Source of the DNA: an uncultured Mollicutes bacterium
GTDB lineage: Bacteria > Bacillota_I > Bacilli_A > RFN20 > CAG-826
DNA: 64,000 nt
Assembly: GCA_900540385.1 (NCBI GenBank)
Contig: UQFY01000010.1
Location: 7,220 to 71,219 of the forward strand
Direction of reading: 5' to 3'
A program made the position numbers and the translations under genes. Shown here in pieces: positions 18,479 to 27,309 of this stretch. Within the stretch, counting starts at the first letter, position 1. The number at the start of each line of letters is the position of its first letter. Under the pieces are notes generated by a model. It was not told the origin of the DNA and did no database searches. It saw nothing but the letters and a program-made list of their open reading frames with translations.

Positions 18479-18532
18479 AAGATGGCTGTCTCTTGCCATG
18501 GAAAGAGAGAATCCCACAAAGCCATCTTTTTC
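18479..18532 (+). terminator. Rho-independent terminator (long compound hairpin)
   Basis: Outer stem AAGATGGCT/AGCCATCTT, inner stem TCTCTT/AAGAGA, T-run. Confidence 0.65.
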
Positions 18533-18610
18533 TTTACCTAAATTTAGGGGTAAAGGAAGTATAAAATAAAACATGACAATATGTCAATGAAATAAATTTG
18601 AAAAATTTGC

Positions 18611-18638
18611 TTGCACTTTCTGAAAATAAGTCTATAGT
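18611..18638 (+). promoter_or_regulatory. Putative promoter of small-protein gene
   Basis: TTGCAC-16 nt-TATAGT. The inverted repeat TGACA-ATA-TGTCA lies just upstream at 18573-18585. Confidence 0.45.
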
Positions 18639-18690
18639 TATCAATCCTGACGCTAAAAAGCTCAGGCAAAAAAAGAAGGAGGAAAAACGT

Positions 18691-18819
18691 ATGATGAATA
18701 AGAAATACAATTCACAGACCGCTTATGAAGATAAGCAACGCGACGATAACAAATTATCCGTTTTCGCGTCCTGCTTGTTTGATGATTTCATTAACAGTTC
18801 TGATTTCATGAACAACTAA
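18691..18819 (+). CDS. Small hypothetical protein (42 aa)
   Basis: AAGGAGG ribosome-binding site 8 nt before ATGATG. Has its own promoter-like motif and a downstream terminator. Product: MMNKKYNSQTAYEDKQRDDNKLSVFASCLFDDFINSSDFMNN. Confidence 0.5.
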   Translation: MMNKKYNSQTAYEDKQRDDNKLSVFASCLFDDFINSSDFMNN

Positions 18820-18843
18820 TGAAAATCTTCTTCATAAGAAAAT

Positions 18844-18871
18844 AAAGTGGCTCTAGGCCACTTTTATTTTT
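18844..18871. terminator. Bidirectional terminator
   Basis: AAAGTGGC-TCTAG-GCCACTTTTATTTT. Nearly identical to the hairpin at 17711-17734. Confidence 0.75.
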
Positions 18872-18906
18872 CGCCAAGTTTAAGAAGTTCTTTTGCCTTA
18901 TTTAAA

Positions 18907-20402
18907 TCAGTCATAAAGAGATCCGTATTTCTTTTCAAGGTAATGGATAAATGGCTCGCTTGTTAATTCTTTGCCAGTTACCTTCTTTATCCAATCGTTT
19001 GGCTCCATCCAATCGTAGGCGTAATCATTCTTTGCTAAGTAAGAAAGAATTTCATCCATTTTATTCTCTTGAAGCAAGGAGGAGACATGAATGTCTTCTT
19101 CCATCTTTTCAAAGATCATTGCCCCGTAAAGATTTCCTAATAAATAGGATGGGAAATAACCGATTTCATTATCTGTCCAGTGAATATCTTGCATGCAACC
19201 TTCGGCATCGTTAGGAACATCTACGCCAAGATAATCCTTATATTTCGTTTTCCAGATTGCGGGAACTTCTTCGCATTCGATGACCCCATTAATCAAATCA
19301 CGCTCAATTTCATAACGGATAATGATATGTAAGGAATAGGTGAGTTCATCGGAATCGCAACGATTGGTGATGGGCTTAACATAGTTAATCAAACGGTAGA
19401 AATCCATTACGTCCATTTCTTTAAAAGAAGGGTCTAGATGTTGAGCACATAATTCTTTTAATGTAGGCATGAATTCAAGAGAACGGCCAAAGATGTTCTC
19501 ATAAAGACGAGAATGGGTTTCACAAATAGCGGCAGTATTTACGGACTCTAAATAATTGTCGTACATTTCTTGCGGCTTATTTTGGAATTCCAGAGCGTGC
19601 CCCGCTTCATGAATTTCAGAATAGAGGGCGTTTCTCCAATCGGAAACGGAATAACTAGTGGTGATTCTCGTGTCGTTTTGGGAAATATCTGTCGTAAAAG
19701 GATGCATGGATTCTCTCATGCAGCCCTTGCTTAAATCATATTTCTCCCAATTTAAAACGGCATAGGCCAAATGTCTTTGCTGATCGATGGAATAAGGTTT
19801 GATTTCTATCTTAGGGAAATGAGATTGTTTTTCTAAAACCTTAGGCAAAAGAGTCTTAATGCAATTTTTGATAGGCTCAAAAATGCGGTCCAAATCCTTG
19901 CTTCTTTCTCCTGGTTCATACATGTCTAAAGCGGAATCGTAAGGAGTTTCCATTCCTTCTTTCATCATGAGCGTGTCGATTTTTCTAGCATAGGCGATGC
20001 AATCTTTCCAATAAGGCAACCACTCTGAAAACTGATTGGTTTCCTTGTATTTTCGCCACATCTCATTGGATTTAGAGAATGCTTTTCTTGCCTTCATATA
20101 TTCTTCTAAAGGCATCTTTTTAAGGAGCTCTATGTTAAAAGAAAGAGAGTCCGCTAAACGCTTCTCCTTTTTTGAAATCGTTGGGAGATTTGCTAATGCC
20201 TCAACCTTAGAAACAAAGTCAGGGGAGGAGAAAACTTTGCCATCTCCTCATCTTGCTCATTAACGAGTTCAGATTGAGATTCTATCGATTTATCAGGGCA
20301 TGCTGTCGCTAAATCAAAATAAAGTAAGCTCGAAAGATAATGAGCATGTCTTAGTTGTTTTAGATATGGCTCTAAAGCGAGAAATTCTTTTGAATGTGTC
20401 AT
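18907..20402 (-). pseudogene. M32 (Taq-type) carboxypeptidase interrupted by a single frameshift
   Basis: The 402-aa ORF carries HEAGHALE, HESQ-like, DIHW, GYFPSYLLGNLY and the C-terminal YLEKKYGSLY. The family N-terminus sits in the 69-aa ORF 20193-20402. The two frames join if one nt is gained or lost near 20222-20240 (a tcctcccc/tttt context). Confidence 0.8.
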
Positions 20403-20498
20403 TGCTTTCCTCCGTCAAAGAAAAATGCAATTCCAATTATAATTTTTATATAATCCACTGTCTATTTGTGCTAAATTACCTTGCGAGGAGGAAAGAAA

Positions 20499-20735
20499 AT
20501 GAAAGATTTTTGCAATTGGCTTGATGGTCAGTCAAAACTTGTTAAAGTGATTCTTTGCATCTGGATTTTAGATATCGTTTGGGCAATCTATCGTATTGGT
20601 GGCGCTATCGCAAACAAGAATATGCTTCACTTGATTCTTGCCATTCTTTGGGTCCTTATGTCCGCCACAGTTGGATGGATTCTCGATGTTGTCTCTATTC
20701 TTTTGACAAATCACATCTTCTGGTTCAAAGAATAA
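20499..20735 (+). CDS. Small membrane protein (2 TM), unknown function
   Basis: 78 aa from the ATG at 20499, which is preceded by GAGGAGGAAAG. Two hydrophobic helices. Confidence 0.6.
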   Translation: MKDFCNWLDGQSKLVKVILCIWILDIVWAIYRIGGAIANKNMLHLILAILWVLMSATVGWILDVVSILLTNHIFWFKE

Positions 20736-20756
20736 TCATCTTTCCCACAAAAAAAG

Positions 20757-20784
20757 AAAAGTGGCTCAACTGAACCACTTTTTC
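20757..20784. terminator. Bidirectional terminator
   Basis: AAAAGTGG-10-nt loop-CCACTTTTT. Confidence 0.6.
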
Positions 20785-20800
20785 TTTTACAGATTTAGTC

Positions 20801-21445
20801 TTAACGAAGGCGAGGATCGCTTATGCCATAAAGCATAGGTAATGCGCCTAAGATTTCAAATAGAGCAATGAGAAGATAGAAGGAACCAATTAAGGCATCA
20901 TTCTTGATAAGAAGAATACCGCTTGTTATAGCATAAAGCCCAATAGAAAGAACAAAACAGGCAACTAAAACATAGCTAAAGACATAGGATTGATATGCTG
21001 CTTTCTTTTGGAAAATGTTGCTAATGATGATTCCACCAAAAATGGCGGCAGCTAAAGCCAAAAGGGTAGAAACAATAGAAATGATGTAAGCTAAATCAAC
21101 GACCGCATTTCCTTCGACAATTGGTTTTAAAACGCTAGATAACATAAACATCCCAAAGATAGCACTTGCTGCTGTAAGGAAAATTGGGAAGAGCTGTTCT
21201 TGGGTCTTTTTCTTTTTCAATACATTCATTAAAAGAAGAACGCCTAAAAGAGTAACGACAAAGAAAACCATCGTGATAACGAGTAAATCTTTATTTCCAT
21301 AAAGAAAACTGACGCCATAATCATCTGGATAATAACCATTTATTGCTGTAATGATGTAAGCGATTAAAGCAAACAAGAAAGAAATACCCGAAGAAAGAAG
21401 AATTCCGATAGATTTAAAATAACGATATTTTGGATTTTGCATCAT
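20801..21445 (-). CDS. Polytopic membrane protein, unknown function, co-transcribed with thiT
   Basis: 214 aa from the ATG at 21445. A GGAGG ribosome-binding site lies inside the thiT 3' end, and the thiT stop is 1 nt upstream. About 6 hydrophobic helices. Confidence 0.7.
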   Translation of the reverse strand: MMQNPKYRYFKSIGILLSSGISFLFALIAYIITAINGYYPDDYGVSFLYGNKDLLVITMVFFVVTLLGVLLLMNVLKKKKTQEQLFPIFLTAASAIFGMFMLSSVLKPIVEGNAVVDLAYIISIVSTLLALAAAIFGGIIISNIFQKKAAYQSYVFSYVLVACFVLSIGLYAITSGILLIKNDALIGSFYLLIALFEILGALPMLYGISDPRLR

Positions 21446-21446
21446 C

Positions 21447-22118
21447 TTATTTAGCCTCCGTTTCTTGAGCAATAGTTTTGATGTTCTTTTCTGGGAGAAC
21501 AACCTTTGGCCAAACCCAGACTAATAAACAAGTGACAACAGTGGAAAAGACGATGTCTGGTCCCATGTAGGCAATATTATAAATAAAGGAATAAGCCCAT
21601 GGATTAATGTTTGTCCCTTTGAAGGACCATGCAAAAGAGCCGCTATCACTTCCCCAGAATATTGCACCAGAAAGAACGTGGGACATATATTTTGCTAATC
21701 CACCAACGACACAGCCGAGAATAATGAACAACACCATTTGTTTTTTATTCTCTGATTTTTTGATGAAACGAGTAAAAAGACCACAAAGAGCAACAAGTGG
21801 ATAAGCAATCCAGTAGTCTAATGCGACTTGAAGAAAAGCCAAATACCATGCTGCACCAGAAACGACATAGAAACCATCTGCTATATCGAGAAGACCCATG
21901 ATCAAACCGGTGATCAGTCCTGGCAAAAAACCGCGACGATAAGAGATGATAAATACGCAAACCATCGCAATACCTAATGAGCCACCATTAGGGAATAACG
22001 GGCTGGAGTAAATTCCCGCAAGCATGTCAAGAACGTAGCCTAAGGCTGCGAAAATCGCAATCTCGGCAATGGTCTTAACGCTCCATGTTTTTTCTTTTTC
22101 TTCCATAAAACCCTCCAA
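21447..22118 (-). CDS. thiT: ECF-transporter S component, thiamine-specific (ThiT-like)
   Basis: 223 aa and about 6 TM helices. N-terminal pattern KTIAEIAIFAALGYVLD. A TPP riboswitch lies directly upstream. Confidence 0.8.
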   Translation of the reverse strand: MEGFMEEKEKTWSVKTIAEIAIFAALGYVLDMLAGIYSSPLFPNGGSLGIAMVCVFIISYRRGFLPGLITGLIMGLLDIADGFYVVSGAAWYLAFLQVALDYWIAYPLVALCGLFTRFIKKSENKKQMVLFIILGCVVGGLAKYMSHVLSGAIFWGSDSGSFAWSFKGTNINPWAYSFIYNIAYMGPDIVFSTVVTCLLVWVWPKVVLPEKNIKTIAQETEAK

Positions 22119-22121
22119 GAA

Positions 22122-22255
22122 AAGAAAAACCGCATCATCTAGAAAATGCGCGGAGAAAGCTTTTACTTACCTACGCTAGCATTACCTAGATCAGGTTTAT
22201 GGGTCGCCACGAAGTAGTGGCCTCTCAGCAATCTTTGGATGCTCCCCAGGTCAAT
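22122..22255 (-). promoter_or_regulatory. TPP (THI-box) riboswitch with candidate terminator
   Basis: The minus strand reads CTGGGGAGC..GCTGAGAGG..ACCCATAAACCTGATCTAGGTAATGCTAGCGTAGG, matching the conserved CUGAGA and ACCUGAUCUGGAUAAUGCCAGCG cores. It is followed by CCGCGCAT..ATGATGCGG and TTTTT. Confidence 0.9.
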
Positions 22256-22278
22256 GACCATCTTTATTCTAACACTGC

Positions 22279-22908
22279 TTAAATAAGAGAGTTATCGTTT
22301 TTACTGAAAAAGGCTAAAAGTTTACCTGAATGAATAATGACTTCAGCCACGTCTTCCTTGATTTCATTAGAGACCCCAAGGCCATCTCCTTTAGAGATTT
22401 CCGTATGGTTGATATCGTAAGCAAATCCTTTTAAAGAAAGACGTGCTTTTTCATCCACAGGGAAAAAAGAAACGAATTTATATTCCGAAGGATAGAATTT
22501 CCTATTTTCATGAAAAGAAAAGATTTCTGTCGTATCATCTAGCAAAGAAACTCTTTCATCTTTCATTACAAGTTCTAAATTGGCATAGAAATGCTCAATC
22601 CGTTTCCCTTGTATGCCACCTAACAATACAAAAGAGACGTCCTTTTCCTCTTTCCATAAGTTATAAGCGTGTTTCGTGTCTGTATCGTCTTTAATGGGGT
22701 TTAGGGAAATTATATGGGGGACGTGTAGCGAAATAAGCTCTTTTTCTTCTTCGTTACAAGAATCAAAATCCCCGATAGCGTAATCTAATGAAACATGATT
22801 TTTTAAAGCGAGAATACTGCCATGATCAATGCCCACTTTCAAAGAATCCTTTTCAAAAGGAAAGCTCTTTAAATCGACATTTTTACCAATGATAAGATAA
22901 ATCTTCAT
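22279..22908 (-). CDS. thiN: Thiamine pyrophosphokinase
   Basis: 209 aa. GIDHGS and AIGDFDS motifs, and a C-terminal thiamine-binding beta domain. Confidence 0.85.
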   Translation of the reverse strand: MKIYLIIGKNVDLKSFPFEKDSLKVGIDHGSILALKNHVSLDYAIGDFDSCNEEEKELISLHVPHIISLNPIKDDTDTKHAYNLWKEEKDVSFVLLGGIQGKRIEHFYANLELVMKDERVSLLDDTTEIFSFHENRKFYPSEYKFVSFFPVDEKARLSLKGFAYDINHTEISKGDGLGVSNEIKEDVAEVIIHSGKLLAFFSKNDNSLI

Positions 22909-22909
22909 T

Positions 22910-24175
22910 TTAGTTTAAAGAGAGAGTGATGGATTTTAAGGCAAAAGAAGAATCAAAAACGACAAGTAGCTCATAGGTGACATTCTCCTCTTCAAAAGAG
23001 AAAGACTTGTCTTCGTTTATCTTAAAACCAATCGATGGAGAGACGATGAATTTATCAGCAGTGTAAGAAGAATTTTCATCCTTATCCGTTAAACGATAAA
23101 CGAAATCTTTGTTATTGACAGTAATGGTTGTTTTATATGCATAATCGTCGTTTGCGTACATTTGTTGATAATCTTGCGTGATGTTGTTGAAAACGTTTTT
23201 CTCCATCAAGGAATCGCTTAAATACGTCTCAAGAATAGGCGTATGGGAATTCACGTTCCAATACTCCTCACTAGCAAAAGGAACACCAGCAAAAACATTT
23301 TGCCCATAGAAATAGGAACTGCTTGTTTCAGAATGGGAAACATTTCCATTTTCGAGAGGATTACCAAAATAGTCAGAAAGATAATCTACGTCCTTTAAAA
23401 CATGAAGATCTTTTAATTGATATTTATCAGCAACCTTATCCAAGGTTAAAGAAGAGATATTGCTTGTGACGCTTGTGACACTTTTTGTATTGTCATAACG
23501 ATAAATTGGGTTTGTAACAATAGAACGAGCGGAAGAAGAATACAAAGCGGTAGTCTTGCCCTCCTCATCACGGAAAAAATTGAAGGGGGTGGAAGAGATC
23601 GAATCGTATTTGTTTAAAAGATAATTATTCCATTTGTACTCTAAGGTGTCTTCGCTCGCGAAATTGCCATCAATCAAATTATAGGAAACGCCAAATTCCT
23701 TAGCGGAAGAGGCTTTATAAAATGTCTTTTGATATAAGCCATAGGCGGAAGAAACCTTTCCTTTGGCGAGGACATCTTCAGGGTTTTTTAAAACAGCAAC
23801 CATGCTTTTTGTTTCATGGGAGTCGGTTACTTTAATGCCATTAGCTGTGACGGAAGAGGTTGCAATTTCATTATCAACGATGATTTTGTTGGAATAAATT
23901 GCAGAAACCACGCTTGAACTTGCTTCTGCTTTCGTAAAAGCCTTTGATCCATTTTGAGCGTATAACTTTTCATCATCTTGTGATGTTTTATAGGTAGATT
24001 GGACACTAGAAAGAGACAAAATACTTTCCAAAACGCTCTTTTTTACAAGAATTTCTTCGTAATCATTGAGTGGATTTTTATATTCATTTGCAGCAATACC
24101 GTCTTTTTGTTCTCCTCCACAAGAGAGAAGCAAAGAGGTAACAGTTAATAATGGCAAATACGTTCTTTTTTTCAT
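22910..24175 (-). CDS. Lipoprotein, unknown function
   Basis: From the ATG at 24175 the product begins MKKRTYLPLLTVTSLLLSCGG, with lipobox LLSC. The mature part is Ser/Asn/Tyr-rich. The stop lies 1 nt before the thiN start. Confidence 0.75.
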   Translation of the reverse strand: MKKRTYLPLLTVTSLLLSCGGEQKDGIAANEYKNPLNDYEEILVKKSVLESILSLSSVQSTYKTSQDDEKLYAQNGSKAFTKAEASSSVVSAIYSNKIIVDNEIATSSVTANGIKVTDSHETKSMVAVLKNPEDVLAKGKVSSAYGLYQKTFYKASSAKEFGVSYNLIDGNFASEDTLEYKWNNYLLNKYDSISSTPFNFFRDEEGKTTALYSSSARSIVTNPIYRYDNTKSVTSVTSNISSLTLDKVADKYQLKDLHVLKDVDYLSDYFGNPLENGNVSHSETSSSYFYGQNVFAGVPFASEEYWNVNSHTPILETYLSDSLMEKNVFNNITQDYQQMYANDDYAYKTTITVNNKDFVYRLTDKDENSSYTADKFIVSPSIGFKINEDKSFSFEEENVTYELLVVFDSSFALKSITLSLN

Positions 24176-24285
24176 AACACATACATTAAAACACAAAAAT
24201 ATGAGTTTGATGAAAAAAGAATGAAAAAAAGAAAACATCTCAATTCCTAGGAATTGGGCTCTAAAAATGATATAGTGCATAGGCT

Positions 24286-25818
24286 ATGGCATTATTAGAA
24301 TTAGACAATATTGAATTCAATTACTCAGATAAAGAACTATACAAAGATGTTTGCTTGAAATTGAATCAAGGGGAACATTGCGTTCTTGTTGGTGCAAACG
24401 GAACGGGAAAAACCACCCTTTTGAATATGATTGTAGGGGAGTTATCTCCTGACAAAGGGAAAGTTCTTTGGGAAGGTGGAACCACCTTTTCTTACTTGGA
24501 TCAGCAATTAAAAGTGGCTCAGAATATGCCTGTTCACCAGTATCTTTATGGCGTTTATGAGGATTTATTTGAAAAAGAAGTCCAAATGGAGAAACTTTAT
24601 GAACAAAGTGCTCTTGATCCCGATAATTTCGAAAAATACCTAGCAAAAGCCGAACGGATTCAAGAAGAGTTGGACGCGAAAGGCTTCTACGCTTTACAAG
24701 AAAAAGTCGGTCGTTTAACCGATGGGCTAGGATTTGATAAGAGCCATTTAGAGGCTCCTTTAATGGAATTGTCTTCCGGCCAAAGAGAAAAAGCCTACCT
24801 TGCAAAGATGCTTCTTGAAGAAAAAGACGTTTTAATCATGGACGAACCAACAAACTTCCTTGATCAAGGGCAAGTCGCTTGGCTAGCTAAATATTTAACA
24901 AACTACCCAAAAGCTTTCCTTGTCGTCTCCCACGACCAGGAATTTCTTCGCAAGATCGCTACCGTTGTTTTCGTTTTGGAAAATCAAACCATAACGAGAT
25001 ACAAAGGAGATTTCGATCATTATCTTCTCCAACACGAAATTGATAAGGAACAATATAAGAAAGATTACGCTGCGCAACAAAGATACATCAAAAAAGAAGA
25101 AGACTTTATTGCCAAACATATCGTACGTGCCACTTCCGCAAAAGCAGCGAAATCCCACCGTGCAAGATTAGCTCACTTGGATGTTATGGAAGCGCCAGGA
25201 AAAGAAGAAGGAAATGTCTTTATCAATTTCCCTTATACACATCCAGTCGGTAAAATCCCTCTTCGCGTTGAAGAACTTGTAATTGGCTATAAGAAACCGT
25301 TATTAGATCCTATTTCTTTCGAACTCGTTGAAGGAGAAAAGATTGCTATCCTTGGACAAAATGGCGTAGGTAAAACTACGTTCTTAAAAACCATTTTAGG
25401 CGACTTACCTGCTTTAGGAGGAAGTTTCTCTTTCTTGCCAGGCATTGTCGTTAATTATTTTAATCAAGATGAAAAGATTGATTTGAATATGTCTCCGTTT
25501 GATTATATTCATGCCCATTACCCTGAACTTAACAACACGGAAATACGTAAGGCCTTAGGCAATTGCGGTGTTCGTAAGGAGATCGCTCTCCGTCCAATGA
25601 AAGAACTTTCTGGAGGGGAAGTTGCCAAAACAAGATTTGCTCTTATGACTTTCAAAAAGAGCAATTTCCTTGTCTTGGATGAACCTACCAACCATCTTGA
25701 TCAGAAAGCAAAGGACGCTATTTTCGCTTCCATTGAAAGATATCCTGGCTCCGTCATCATCGTTTCTCACGAAAAAGACTTTTATGATGGCTTAGTCGAT
25801 TACGAACTTCATTTTTAA
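24286..25818 (+). CDS. ABC-F family ATPase (translation factor type, no TM domain)
   Basis: 510 aa. Two ABC cassettes (GANGTGKTT, LSSGQ; GQNGVGKTT, LSGGE) joined by a charged linker. Confidence 0.9.
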   Translation: MALLELDNIEFNYSDKELYKDVCLKLNQGEHCVLVGANGTGKTTLLNMIVGELSPDKGKVLWEGGTTFSYLDQQLKVAQNMPVHQYLYGVYEDLFEKEVQMEKLYEQSALDPDNFEKYLAKAERIQEELDAKGFYALQEKVGRLTDGLGFDKSHLEAPLMELSSGQREKAYLAKMLLEEKDVLIMDEPTNFLDQGQVAWLAKYLTNYPKAFLVVSHDQEFLRKIATVVFVLENQTITRYKGDFDHYLLQHEIDKEQYKKDYAAQQRYIKKEEDFIAKHIVRATSAKAAKSHRARLAHLDVMEAPGKEEGNVFINFPYTHPVGKIPLRVEELVIGYKKPLLDPISFELVEGEKIAILGQNGVGKTTFLKTILGDLPALGGSFSFLPGIVVNYFNQDEKIDLNMSPFDYIHAHYPELNNTEIRKALGNCGVRKEIALRPMKELSGGEVAKTRFALMTFKKSNFLVLDEPTNHLDQKAKDAIFASIERYPGSVIIVSHEKDFYDGLVDYELHF

Positions 25819-26333
25819 GGCAGACGCTTGATTTCTTTGAAACGAAATACAAAGAACCAGAAACGAAATAACGGGGTTTTACGCCAATATTCATATCCTA
25901 AAAGATCGCTGTTATAAATGGCGGCCGTTTTACGATAATTCGCATCTAAATCATTTAAAATATCAAAATATTCCAGGAATTCTTCGCTTTTTCCGTGTTC
26001 ATTATTATTCGCGAACAAAACAAGCCTTTTTTGTAAAGAAGAAAGCAAGTTCAAACAATTTTCGATTTCTTTTGCCTGAAGCTTATTTACCTTTAGCCAA
26101 CGGACTTGAGTCGCCTCTTCCTTGGTGGATTCATCTTTGATGTCTTTTTCCATCAAAGCAAGCATCGAAAGCAAGACGTCTTTCTTTTCTGACAGCAAAA
26201 GAGAAATGGCTAAGGTGCGCTTTTTTAATCTTGAACGGAAGGTTATTAAAGATTCTAAAGCATAGAAAAAGACGAATACATAAATCACGAGAAATATCGA
26301 GAACGCATATAGTAAAATTTGTAACCAATCCAT
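25815..26333 (-). CDS. LemA-like membrane-anchored protein
   Basis: 172 aa. N-terminal TM helix followed by a helical domain ending with a ..AAIYNSDLLGYEYW..-type motif. The resemblance to LemA is by pattern only. Confidence 0.5.
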   Translation of the reverse strand: MDWLQILLYAFSIFLVIYVFVFFYALESLITFRSRLKKRTLAISLLLSEKKDVLLSMLALMEKDIKDESTKEEATQVRWLKVNKLQAKEIENCLNLLSSLQKRLVLFANNNEHGKSEEFLEYFDILNDLDANYRKTAAIYNSDLLGYEYWRKTPLFRFWFFVFRFKEIKRLP

Positions 26334-26339
26334 GCTACT

Positions 26340-26368
26340 AGTTTATTTTTTCTCTTCAAAAAAGGCAA
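26340..26368 (-). promoter_or_regulatory. Putative promoter placing the TSS on the ATG of the LemA-like gene
   Basis: Minus strand: TTGCCT-17 nt-TAAACT-6 nt-ATG, no Shine-Dalgarno. Confidence 0.5.
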
Positions 26369-26413
26369 ATTTCTTTAAAAATAGGCTTAAAAACCCGTAT
26401 CCATCGAAAGAAA

Positions 26414-26442
26414 TTGACCTTTTAGGAGAAGTGCTTTAAACT
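26414..26442 (+). promoter_or_regulatory. Putative promoter of HAD-ispD-S1-pgi operon
   Basis: TTGACC-17 nt-TAAACT. Confidence 0.5.
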
Positions 26443-26446
26443 AAGG

Positions 26447-26462
26447 TCACTCTTAAGAGTGA
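26447..26462. promoter_or_regulatory. 16-bp perfect palindrome (candidate operator or 5' hairpin)
   Basis: TCACTCTTAAGAGTGA lies immediately downstream of the predicted -10 and 9 nt before the ATG. Confidence 0.4.
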
Positions 26463-26470
26463 ATAATATT

Positions 26471-27304
26471 ATGAAAAAACCAATTGTTGCCATTCTCTAT
26501 GATTTCGATTCAACCCTTGCCAAAAGCGATATGCAAAATTTTGGCTTTATCCCTTCTTTAGGCTTAACTCCCGAACAGTTCTGGGCTAAGACTGGAGACT
26601 TTTGTGAGAAAAGCGGTATGGAAAGAACTCTTGGCTATCTTTATGTCATGCTTAAAAGCTGCGAAGAAAAAGGCATTAATATGACGAAGGAATGGCTTAA
26701 AGAGCAAGGAAAAAATATTGAATATTGGCCAGGTGTCATCGATTGGTTTGAACGCATTAATGAATTTGGCAAAGAAAATGGCTTGAAAGTGGAACATTAC
26801 CTTGTTTCCTCGGGCAATAAAGAAATCATTGAAGGCTGCTCTATTGCCAAGCAATTCAATGTCATTTATGGCTGCGAGTTCTATTATGACGAACAAGGCA
26901 AAGCCGTTTGGCCAAAGCTTGCGATTAATTTCACTCAAAAAACGCAATATTTCTATCGTGTTTCCAAGGGTGCCGTTGATGCAACCGATGATAAAGGCGT
27001 AAATGAAAAGACCCATGAACGTCGCGTCCCATATACCAATATGGTTTATATCGGTGATGGTATGACGGATATTCCTGCAATGATTGTTGCTAAAAACTCA
27101 GGCGGGAAATCGATCGCAGTCTATCCTAAAGGAAAAGAGGATCGTGTGGCAGATCTCTATCAAGATGGACGTGTAAATTATGTTTGCCCAGCAGATTATC
27201 GCTCCGGAAAAGAATTGGATAAGATCATGCATCTTATTATTCAAGGCATCGCTATTAACGAAAATCTAGCAAAACGTGAGAACCCTAATTCCGTTATCGA
27301 TTAA
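26471..27304 (+). CDS. HAD-superfamily hydrolase (subfamily IB-like)
   Basis: 277 aa from the ATG at 26471. DFDSTL nucleophile motif and YIGDGMTD motif. Confidence 0.75.
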   Translation: MKKPIVAILYDFDSTLAKSDMQNFGFIPSLGLTPEQFWAKTGDFCEKSGMERTLGYLYVMLKSCEEKGINMTKEWLKEQGKNIEYWPGVIDWFERINEFGKENGLKVEHYLVSSGNKEIIEGCSIAKQFNVIYGCEFYYDEQGKAVWPKLAINFTQKTQYFYRVSKGAVDATDDKGVNEKTHERRVPYTNMVYIGDGMTDIPAMIVAKNSGGKSIAVYPKGKEDRVADLYQDGRVNYVCPADYRSGKELDKIMHLIIQGIAINENLAKRENPNSVID

Positions 27305-27309
27305 TTTTT

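Noticed and set aside
18598-18690. TTG-initiated 73-aa version of the small ORF
   Set aside because: The extra 5' part overlaps the predicted -35/-10 elements, and a strong AAGGAGG ribosome-binding site precedes the internal ATG at 18691. The 42-aa version is preferred.
20036-20524. Plus-strand ORFs 20036-20263 and 20300-20524 in the M32 pseudogene region
   Set aside because: They are antisense to recognisable M32 carboxypeptidase coding sequence or run across the divergent promoter region. They have no ribosome-binding site or family signal.
24317-24805. Long antisense or alternative-frame ORFs inside confident genes (24317-24805 -, 26564-27016 -, 55130-55576 -, 55152-55592 +, 59694-60113 -, 31226-31600 -, 51660-52010 -)
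   Set aside because: Each lies wholly within a gene with strong family motifs in another frame. Their products are low-complexity or unrecognisable, and there are no start signals. I treat them as chance open frames.
25815-25818. Convergent genes (ABC-F and the LemA-like gene) whose stop codons overlap in a TTAA palindrome with no intervening terminator
   Set aside because: The overlap is real, but it is a common compact-genome arrangement with no evident functional implication beyond possible transcriptional interference.
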